Shown: positions 54,120 to 64,000 of the stretch, piece after piece
Layout of the letters: every line of letters starts with the position of its first letter
How positions within the stretch are numbered: the first letter of the stretch is position 1
Assembly (NCBI GenBank): GCA_964016885.1
Contig: OZ024740.1
Coordinates: 62,310,001 to 62,374,000 of the forward strand
Length of the DNA: 64,000 bases
Origin: Eledone cirrhosa
Lineage: Eukaryota
Direction of reading: 5' to 3'
Made by a program: the position numbers and the translations under genes
Notes under the pieces: model-generated
The model's database searches: none
Told to the model about the DNA's origin: nothing
What the model saw: only the letters and a program-made list of their open reading frames with translations

Positions 54120-55806
54120 GTCATCATCATCATCATCATCAGGTTTAGCGTCCGTGTTCCACGCTTGCATGGGTTTGGACGGGGGTTTTCCCACTTGAGG
54201 CAAGAGTGGTTGTCTTGCTCGCATAGGACTGTCTGGCGGGTTTTCTACAGTTGGATGCCCTTCCTAACACCAACCACATTTACAGTGTGGGGCTGGGAGG
54301 TTTTTACCGTGTTGCCTACACGGCCACATTACAGCGAGGACTGTCTGGCGGGTTTTCTACAGCTGGATGCCCTTCCTAACACCAACCACATTTACAGTGT
54401 GGGGCTGGGAGGTTTTTACCGTGTTGCCTACACGGCCACATTTACAGCGTGGACTGTGTGTTTTTTTGTCGTGACACCTACAGGATCTCATTTGTTTCAG
54501 CCTGGATGTTGTGGGACCAACATAACTGTACATTGAAAGGGGCGGTGTGGATGGGGTGGAGGTGGTGGGACGGGGGGGTGTTTTGATAGAGATGCCTACT
54601 GACTGTAGTAGGTTTTTACTTTGTATTTAGGTAAGGCGGGTCTTCTCTATTACTGAGTACCGCCAAAGGTCTCGGTCCAGTGACATTGTCTTGGAGAGGT
54701 GTAAGCGTGTGAGGTCGGAATTTATCAGCTCGTCCCATGTTTTTCTGGGTCTGCCTACTCCGTGGCTACCGTCTATCTTTATTGCCCTGCACTTTGTTAT
54801 ACAGCTGTCGTCTTTCATGCGCATCACGTGACCATACCAACGTAGCCTTCTCTCGAGTAAACAACATCTGATCCCTCTTATTTCTAATTTTTTCCTTAGT
54901 TCGTTTATGCTTTGCCGTTCACGTATATTACTATTGCACATCCAGCGGAGCATGCAAGCTTCGTTCCTCTCTAGTCTGCGTATATCCTCTGCACACAATG
55001 CCCAGGTCTCACTGCCATGCAGCATTGCTGTTCGTATGCAGGCATCGTATAACCTGCCTTTCATTTTTAGGGAGAACCCTCTAGCGGCTAATAGTGGTAT
55101 AAGCTCTCTGAACTTTTTCCATCCAGTTCTGACTCTAGCTACTGTACTTTCAGAGCACCCTCCCCCACTGCTGATTTTGTCACCCAGGTAACGGAAGCTG
55201 TCCACTATTTCTATAGAACCCTCTGCGCAGTTGAAGGGGCTAGTATTTTGTGGGCACTTGCTGCTACTTATTGCACCAGAGCACCGGCCACATGTAAAAT
55301 CTATGTTCTTAGTTAGCTTACCTGTGATCCCACTACATCTTTTATGCACCCATACTTTGCATTTGGGACATAAAATGGAGTTTCTACCTACGCCTTTCCT
55401 ACACACTGAGCATGGCCATTTCCCAGATGGGACTGCCGCCATATTTTCTTTCCTACAAACTAGAACTTTTGTCTTAGCCAGGTTAATTTTAAGGCCTTTT
55501 GATTCTAGGCCGTGCTTCCATGTTTGGAATTTCTTCTCTAGTTCGGTCATTGATTCAGCTATGAGCGTTAGATCATCTGCGTATAGGAGTTCCCATGGGA
55601 AGCCGGTCTTGAACTCCTCTGTTATAGCCTGGAGGGCAATAATAAATAGTAGGGGGCTAAGAACAGAGCCCTGATGGACACCAACTTTTACGCTAAACTC
55701 TTCACTATATTCGTTGTTAATTCTAACCTTACTGACTGTTTCTTTATACATGGCTTGTATAGCTCTCACAAGCCATTCGTCAACACCTAGTTTTCTAAGA
55801 GACCAC
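54120..55806 (-). mobile_element. Young 5'-truncated RTE (PHD family) with an open 380-aa C-terminal frame
   Basis: ORF 54627-55769 is uninterrupted; duplicated 3' UTR; 5' end abuts the long TA-rich tract. Confidence 0.93.
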
Positions 55807-55809
55807 CAG

Positions 55810-55947
55810 TATGTATGTATATATATATGTGTATATATATGTATGTATGTGTATGTATGTATATATGTATATATATATGTATGTATATATATGTATATAT
55901 ATATGTATATATGTATGTATATATATGTATATATATATGTATATATG

Positions 55948-55982
<35 letters not shown>

Positions 55983-56237
55983 GTATATATATATGTATAT
56001 ATGTATGTATATATATGTATATATATATGTATATATGTATATATATATATATGTATATATATATATTTATATATATGTATATATATATGTATGTATATAT
56101 ATGTATATATATATGTATATATGTATGTATATATATGTATATATATATGTATATATGTATATATATATATATGTATATATATATATTTATATATATGTAT
56201 ATATATATATATGTATATATATATATTTATATATATG

Positions 56238-56306
<69 letters not shown>

Positions 56307-56384
56307 GTATATGTATATATATATGTATATATATACATATATATGTATATATATGCATATATATATGTATATATGTGTATATAT

Positions 56385-56432
<48 letters not shown>

Positions 56433-56445
56433 GTGTATATATATG

Positions 56446-56478
<33 letters not shown>

Positions 56479-56513
56479 GTGTATATATATATATATATAT
56501 ATGAATATATATA

Positions 56514-56612
<99 letters not shown>

Positions 56613-56745
56613 GATTTTGAAAATGATATATATATATATATATATATATAGGAAAAAGTATAGGTTCATTACCACACTTCCTTCGTTATATATGTATATG
56701 TATATATGTACATGTATATATGTATATATATATGTGTATATATAT

Positions 56746-56806
<61 letters not shown>

Positions 56807-56884
56807 ATGTGTATATACACACACATATATATACATACGCACACATATAATTATATCTATATTTGGGCATATCTGTGTGTGTGT

Positions 56885-56920
<36 letters not shown>
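55810..56920. repeat. ~1.1 kb compound (TA/TG) microsatellite with local 120-bp periodicity
   Basis: 55981-56040 is identical to 56101-56160. Confidence 0.9.
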
Positions 56921-57507
56921 TTACACCTCTCCAAGACAATGTCACTGGACCGAGACCTTTGGCGGTACTCAGTAATAGAGAAGACCCGCCTTACCTAAAT
57001 ACAAAGTAAAAACCTACTACAGTCAGTAGGCATCTCTATCAAAACACCCCCCCGTCCCACCACCTCCACCCCATCCACACCGCCCCTTTCAATGTACAGT
57101 TATGTTGGTCCCACAACATCCAGGCCGAAACAAATGAGATCGTGTAGGTGTCACGACAAAAAACACACAGTCCACGCTGTAAATGTGGCCGTGTAGGCAA
57201 CACGGTAAAAACCTCCCAGCCCCACACTGTAAATGTGGTTGGTGTTAGGAAGGGCATCCAGCTGTAGAAAACCCGCCAGACAGTCCACGCTGTAATGTGG
57301 CCGTGTAGGCAACACGGTAAAAACCTCCGAGCCCCACACTGTAAATGTGGTTGGTGTTAGGAAGGGCATCCAACTGTAGGAAACCCGCCAGACAGTCCTA
57401 TGCGAGCAAGACAACCACTCTTGCCTCAAGAGGGAAAACCCCACATCCAAACCCATGCAAGCGTGGAACACGGACGCTAAACCTGATGATGATGATGATG
57501 ATGATGA
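56921..57507 (+). mobile_element. RTE 3' end, inverted near-identical copy of 54120-54706
   Basis: [25 protein letters not shown] plus the duplicated UTR and (GAT)n tail. Confidence 0.92.
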
Positions 57508-58625
57508 TATATACATATATGTATGTATCCATGCTATAACCGATACCAGGATTTATAAGAATAAGTTTCAGTTATAATATTCTGACTGCTTACTTGCATA
57601 CATATTGTATTGATTATTTTCACATGAGGAATTCAATAAAATCAATGTCAGATGAAACTCTCCAAGATATAAATTGAGAAATAAAAGTCTTACCATCTTA
57701 ACAGATAATGTAATGGTGTTGGGTGAATCATAAAATGAAACTTTTCTACTCACACTACTGCACCATAGAAGCCAATTATGTCAGCTAAATCAATTACATT
57801 ATATAATTAGTTCTGGTCTCATGGTAAAATGCACCGAGTACACTCTGTAAAGTGGTTGGCATTGGGAATACATACAGCCATAAAAACCATGCCAAACAAA
57901 GAGTTGAGAGGAATCATTAGTTCTGTCAAGGTCATGGCAACTTACCTAGTGCTGGTGTCATGATAAAATGTATCCAGTAGAGTATGTAAAGGGATTAGAA
58001 ATAGGAAGGTCATCCAGCTGTAGAAACTGCCAAAATTAGAATGTATGTAAATAAGATGTGGCTCCTGGCCTCTCTAGGAGAACAGTAGCTCTGATTAGGT
58101 ACTGACATAGGCATTTGAGAACCCTAGGCTCTAGTAGAAGATGCTTGCCCATAGTGTCAGACATTGTGACCAAACCTGAAACTATATGGTTGTGAAGTGA
58201 TCTCCTTAACCACCTGTCCATGTCTATGCTTATCTTCATGAATTTCTTTTTTAATATTTGTATTTGTTTGTATTTCTTTTGTTCCTTTCTTGTTCTGTTT
58301 TGATCAAATTATTTGGCTCTTTGTTTGAAATATGATCTATAATATCAATAACAACAAAAATAACAACAAAAAATGATTCTATATAGTATCATCATCATTA
58401 TGAAGTTAACTTTGCCTTTCATCCTTACGGGGTCGATAAAATAAAGTACCAGTAATGTACTGGGTAATTGCTGGCCTTGTGCCTAAAGTAGAAACAATTA
58501 TCACTATTGTCAGGTTTACATCTGCCTTTTCATACAGATATATATAAGTACATATATAAACACACATATGTGCATATATCATCATTGTTTAACATCTGTT
58601 TAAACAATTATGATGATTGTTTAAA

Positions 58626-58666
58626 CCAAGCTGATGATCCGAATAAGGTGAAACAATTGTTCTCGG
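58626..58666 (+). ncRNA. Minimal hammerhead ribozyme (family E)
   Basis: CCAAG-CTGATGA-T-CC-GAATAA-GG-T-GAAA-CAATTG-TT^CTCGG: intact core, palindromic CAATTG, one stem I mismatch. Confidence 0.65.
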
Positions 58667-61257
58667 AAATGGTGAATTAACTGTTGTGGAACTACTTATA
58701 TAAATCAAGGAAGCAAAAATTGAACAAAGAGGAGGCATTAACATAAGTAAAATAATCTGAATGTAAACACTTTTAGTTAAGAGGTACAAGAAATTTCAAG
58801 AATAATTTCTTTTCATTTATCCCCACTCTTGCCTGTGCAGTCATTTCTTGTGCCACACCTGAATTGTAGTTGGGGTCTCATGATACGCAAACTTTGTGTG
58901 TCCATCCCACGCCTCCCACGACACGTCGCAGGCCTATCACCATCCTTGTTAAGGCTCCCTGGTAAAGTCTACGCTCTGTCTGCCAAAGAGATGTAGGGAG
59001 ATTGTCAAATCTAAGCTAGCTGATAAACAATGTGGTTTTCACCCTAGACACAGCACAGCTGACAAAATATTCACACTGACAGGTCTTTGAGAAATTGTGG
59101 GAGTATTGCCAAGAGGTGTATTTTTGTTTTGTAGACCATGAAAAGGCATATGACTGCATTCCACAGGACATTCTGTGGAAGGTTCTGCAGGAGTATGGGA
59201 TTGATGGTCAGTTTCTTGTTGCCCTGATGCCTCTATATGAATGCCTGAGTATTTTTGTTTGGATAAATGGTGCTAAATTGAAATCATTCAATGTAGGATT
59301 CGGACTCCGCTAAGGTTGCATACTGTTCATTATTTTCATGAATAGGATTGACATACACAGTCAAGTTGGAAGTGGTATCATGACTTGCAGGTGTATAATC
59401 AGTCAGCTGGAATTTGTAGATGACATTGTATTACTTAATTCAACATGCTGAGTGCTGCATGGTTGGAATGAAAATCAGTGCTGTGAAAACTTAGACACCT
59501 GTCCTCTCAAAGAAGCCTGCTCAGTGCACTCTACATGTGAATGGAGTTCCACTGAAGCAGGTGGAGAAGTTCAAATATCTTGGAGTTGTGTTCATAAGTG
59601 ATAGAAGGCAGGAGGCTGAATTAAGTGCAAGAATTACCGGAACTGGCGCAGTAATGCGCCAGCTTCAGCATATAGTAATCAGGATAGAGGTAGGTGTAAA
59701 AGCCAAACTCACTATCTTCAATTCAGTATTCCACACTCTTATATTATGTAATTCTCAGGCAGAATCAGCATTGTGACATAATGTGTAAGAAATCTTGACA
59801 TTTGAATTAAATGTACAATCCATCCCAATAGGTTTCCTCACAGTTTCCATCTACTTAATTTCACTCACAAGGCTTTGCTCTAGATGAACCTGAGATTTCA
59901 TGATAGTAAAGAAAGTACTTAACTCACGTACATACATACAAAATTATTGATAAAATTATTGGCATTCTCTCCCTCTCTCTTTATTTTTATCTATCTATCA
60001 ATCTAAAAACACATATCTCAGGGTTTTATAACAACTACCCCAGCATGCTTTTAAAATAAATATATAAATATGTTTAGAAAGGATTGTCAGAGCAAATAGA
60101 AATTAGTTGTTTTAGCCTAGACATAGAATGATATAATAGCTGTATTGTAAGTTTGAAAAGATGACCTTGTCAATAGACCTAGCTACTTAATCTCTTTAAT
60201 TTCTATGTCATTCATGCTGTCAAACACATTGACATTTACTTAAAAATATATTCACATGTAAATGTGACAAGCATATACAAGCATATACAATTCTTATTTC
60301 TTTTATGAAATAAGATCAGATTCACTTCCAACTGCATGTCTCCATTTAATGATTTAATATTTAAATCAATTTGAAATTTGCTAATTATTTTTCCTTCTCA
60401 TTACAAGGTATTATTAGCCTTTTTGTTACCATATTTCTTATGAAATACTCTGATTTTCAGTTAATTTTGAAAATAATAATTTGGAGGGATTTAGAAATAT
60501 AACTACCTTTCTTATTATTTATTTGATGTTTGGAACTTAATTTAATAAAGATCCTCATATAGAAGAATTATGATGTTAATTCAAATGTTTATAATATCTT
60601 TAGAGTTAATCTGTAGATATGCTTTTAACTAAAACAAAAATAATGGAGACTATTGCAGCTGCATAATTTATAAATAAGAAAACACGAATTTAGGTAACCT
60701 TTTTCTTAGTACAATTTTTGGCTTTGAATCTTATCTGACATTGCTTTTATGGCCAGGCATAAATTATGGCTTTTATAAGATTGTAAATTTAATAAAATAA
60801 AAATAAACACCTAAGAGTCACTGAAGGTAGGCTAGAAAGCTGCAGGCAGCTCTGGAGATATGGGTTGCTGACTCCTGCTCTAATGATTGCAGGCTTTAGG
60901 TTTTCAAGTTGAGATCATGATTAATAAAGCTTTGAAAAGTAAAATCAGTGTTCAAGATCATTTTCAAACCTTTCACACTGGTGGGGGAAAAAGAGGAAGT
61001 CATCTACATATTTTGCTTAAATGCTTGCAACAGAGTGATTCTGTTAGAAGCACCCAAGAACCAGGAGGTAACATTGAACCTAGTGAAGGATTAAGTCTCT
61101 CATCCCTATACAGAAACGATTTCAGTTCTTGGAAGTAATGATTAGGCAAAGTATTTTGTGTGGGAACAGAGGTATGGGATGAAGTAGGGATTATGAGAGG
61201 AGTATAGAGAGAAGTGTAGCAGGTGGGTTTAGTTTGAGGTGCTGTTTCAAGGAAGTA

Positions 61258-63178
61258 CCGTGTTTCCCCCATTATAAGCCACCCTCCAAAATAAGCCGTA
61301 GTACTATATTTCAGGATGGATTTAATATAAGCCATGCCCCGAAAACAAGCCGTAGCAAAAATGAACGCCAAAAGAAAGAAATGGCCAGCTATGAAAATTG
61401 GCGCAATCAGCCATTATAGAACAGGATTGTATCTTAATGTAAAACTAACTGATAAGCGGGTATATAAGAAGTTTGTGGAATGCGCGGAAGTGAAAAAAAT
61501 CGATAATGAAATTAACGAAAGGAAAGGGGGAAGTGCGTACAATCAATATTGTTTATGCAAATGCGGGTACAAACCGGATGTAATGGCTTATTAGTAACTT
61601 CAGGGGAGAAGATCATTTTCAGCCCTAGACAAGATGAAAGGAAAGAAGAGTTATACAGTCGAGTACAAGAAAGGAGTTGTAGAGGAATCACTGGGCAAGA
61701 ATCTTACTATTTTCTGCAAAGAAAAGAATCTGGATCTTCGAATGGTTCAAAGATGGAGAATGGACTACGATAAACTCAGTCAGGACATGGACAAGGGAAA
61801 TGCAAAGAAACGTAAGCGTGGATCTGGTCGACAACCGATATTTCTTGAGCTGGAAGACACCATCTGTGAATGGATTGCTGAAAGAAGAGCCAGAGTTTTG
61901 GTTGTTCACAGGGCTGATATTCAAACATTTGCCCTTACAAATGCACTAGAGTTTGGTATAGTTCCAGAAGAATTCAAAGCATCCAAACACTGGCTGGATA
62001 ATTTCCTTCAGCGACACAAATTTTCTCTGAGAAGATCAACAACACTGTTCAAACTAGACGATACTGAGATTATTAAACGTGCACTCACATTTAAGTCTTT
62101 TGTTGATGGAATAGACTTTTCTAACTACCGTCTCTCCAACATGATTGCTATGGATGGGTCAAAGCTCTCAATCTACAATTGATCAAAGGGGTGCGTCGTC
62201 AATTTACATTCCATCCACTGGTTACAAACGTGCACGAGTTACGTGTATCTTGGCAATTCGTCTCGACAGAAGCAAAGCTCCACCTCTTATCATCACTAAA
62301 GGCAAGAAAGATAAAATTGAAGGCGTTTCAGGTATCTGTGTTCTGGAAACTGAAAAGGCATGGTGCACACAGGCAGTTTTAAGGAAGTGGGTCGATTTGA
62401 TGCTGCCATTAATTTTGCGTGGAACCCAAAGAGGTCTCATAGTCTTGCATTCAGCCAGCACGCACCGCGCCAAAGATATGAAGAACTTTCTTGCAGAAAG
62501 AAGAATCAATCAAATCATGATTCCCGCAGGAATGACCGCCTATCTCCAGACTCTTGACATCGCACTGAATAAACCATTCAAGGACCATCTGCACATGGAA
62601 ATAAATGACTACATCGAAAACAGAATGGCGAGAAATGAGCGGGGAAATTTTGTGAAGCCCAGCCTTCAAGAGATCGTGACTTGGGTGGGAAATTCATGGA
62701 ACAAAATCACAGATAGCTGTGTCATGAATGCACTACGAGCAGGCTATCTGGATAAGGACTCTCCATTCAATTCGACCTCTATCGCTCAACATGAAAGACT
62801 AGGGACGAAAATTCTGCAGGCAATTGAGTCACAAGAAAATTCCACAGGAATCATTGAATCCACTGATTTGGAAAACAATGACATTCCAGAGTAGGATGAC
62901 ATGATTATTTTTGAATAAATTAGTGGATTATTTCGCTCATGAGTTTTTGAATTAAAGGGTGTATTAATTTTTAATAAATTTGATCTTTCAAGTAAACGTT
63001 GCGCGTAAATGCCGATTGTTTTTTTTCGTAATTTCCAATCATTTAGCGAATTTGTAATTTTCAGTTTCGTAGTGTCATTTTTTCGGTATATGAATCCCCT
63101 CCCCCGAAAATAAGCCGTAGTGGTACATTTTGGAGTAAAAATTAATATAAGCCATGGCTTATAATTGGGGAAACATGG
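61258..63178 (+). mobile_element. Full-length pogo/Tigger-like DNA transposon, inactivated
   Basis: TA|CCGTGTTTCCCCCATTATAAGCC ... GGCTTATAATTGGGGAAACATGG|TA TIRs with TA TSD; subterminal ATAAGCC repeats. Confidence 0.92.
61634..62894 (+). pseudogene. pogo-type transposase (HTH + CENP-B HTH + DDE), frameshifted at ~62150
   Basis: KSYTVEYK, ELEDTICEWI, FKASKHWLDNFLQRH, LRRST, IAMD|GQ, LIVLHSASTH (second catalytic D appears to be H), QTLDIALNKPFK. Confidence 0.9.
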
Positions 63179-63566
63179 TAATAGTAGAAGAGACAAAGAC
63201 AAGATAGCGTGTATTTGCTAACTAGTTATTGTAGCATGTTGCTTAGTGAGTGTTTGTCAGTTAGTAAATGACTTTGTTTTGGGTGTGGTCCAGGATGTGT
63301 GTATAGGAGCTGTGTCAAACCAGATACGTAAATCACATGTTGGATAGTTAGCAACCTAACAGGAAGACTAATATATGCGTGACATTACCACAGGTGTTGA
63401 AGAAAATTAGTTTCTTATGTCTTCATGAGAGGATGATTTCAATGTCTCTTTTCTTAATGGTAATGTAACTCTGGAGTTAAGTGAATAACATTTGTGTGCT
63501 GAAGGTTTTGAACTCACTATCCTAGTGAGTTCAAACCAGTTTTACCACCAAACCAGTTTTCCGGTA

Positions 63567-63737
63567 CCAGTAATGTTTGATTATATCCCACCATCTCAGT
63601 AGTCCAGTACCATCAAGATATTTGACTATATCCCACAAGCTCAGTATTCCAGTCCCAACAAGTATTTGATTATATCCCACCATCCCAGTATTCCAACACC
63701 AACAATATTTGACTATATCTCACCAGCTCGGTATTCC
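63567..63737. repeat. ~43-bp minisatellite, 4 copies (…tatttgactatatcccaccatctcagtattccagtacc…)
   Basis: Directly visible. Confidence 0.8.
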
Positions 63738-64000
63738 ACGGTGGTGGTGTCAGCAATATATAATAAAGTAAATAGATTTCCGTCTGATGCAGAAGAGGAT
63801 AGATTGACGCAGAGTCTTGGACAATTTATGTTTGAGACACTTTCACCTCTCTCTTTGATCAACTGATCAATTCTTAAGGTGCTGCCTATTTTCATCAAGT
63901 GCCAAATTCTTAGGGGTCGATATTTTGTCCATGGCCAACATAGGTGGCCTACGCAGTCAGGATAAGCTCCACATTTCAATTGTATTCAGAGTTGGAGCCA

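Noticed and set aside
55714-56998. Long Y/I/M/C-rich ORFs (also at 9601-10088, 25064-25852, 31728-31994 and 34081-34321)
   Set aside because: Translations of microsatellites.
60830-61255. Possible very old Penelope-like coding remnant on the minus strand (KPT..SSH) interrupted by the pogo element
   Set aside because: Similarity too weak to support without a database search.

Overview
AT-rich eukaryotic DNA with abundant (TA)n/(CA)n/(CAT)n microsatellites. The repeat content (RTE LINEs with (ATG)n tails, tRNA-derived SINEs, TTAA MITEs) suggests a cephalopod, probably an octopus; this is an inference. No host protein-coding exon could be identified with confidence, and most short ORFs in the track are microsatellite or antisense artefacts. 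Recognisable content: a near-complete CR1-type LINE (polyQ ORF1, APE-RT ORF2), a 5'-truncated RTE with three C-terminal C2H2 fingers, about 10 pieces of an RTE family with a PHD finger inserted in the RT C-terminal region, a Penelope-like element with an uninterrupted RT+GIY-YIG ORF, a full-length but frameshifted pogo/Tigger-like transposon, and Gypsy, L1/Tx1 and CR1/L2 remnants, SINEs and MITEs. The main hidden signal, found by reading the non-coding DNA, is at least 8 type I hammerhead ribozyme motifs of 5 sequence families. Six lie within 25.3-31.5 kb around the Penelope element, and most are embedded in inverted repeats. Two copies of one family are circular permutations of a ~427-nt non-coding monomer, which suggests a retrozyme/circRNA-like system that could be mobilised by Penelope RT. 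The CR1 ORF1/ORF2 junction also carries a G_GGA_AAC -1 slippery site in front of an ATG-less ORF2. All RNA structures were paired by eye.
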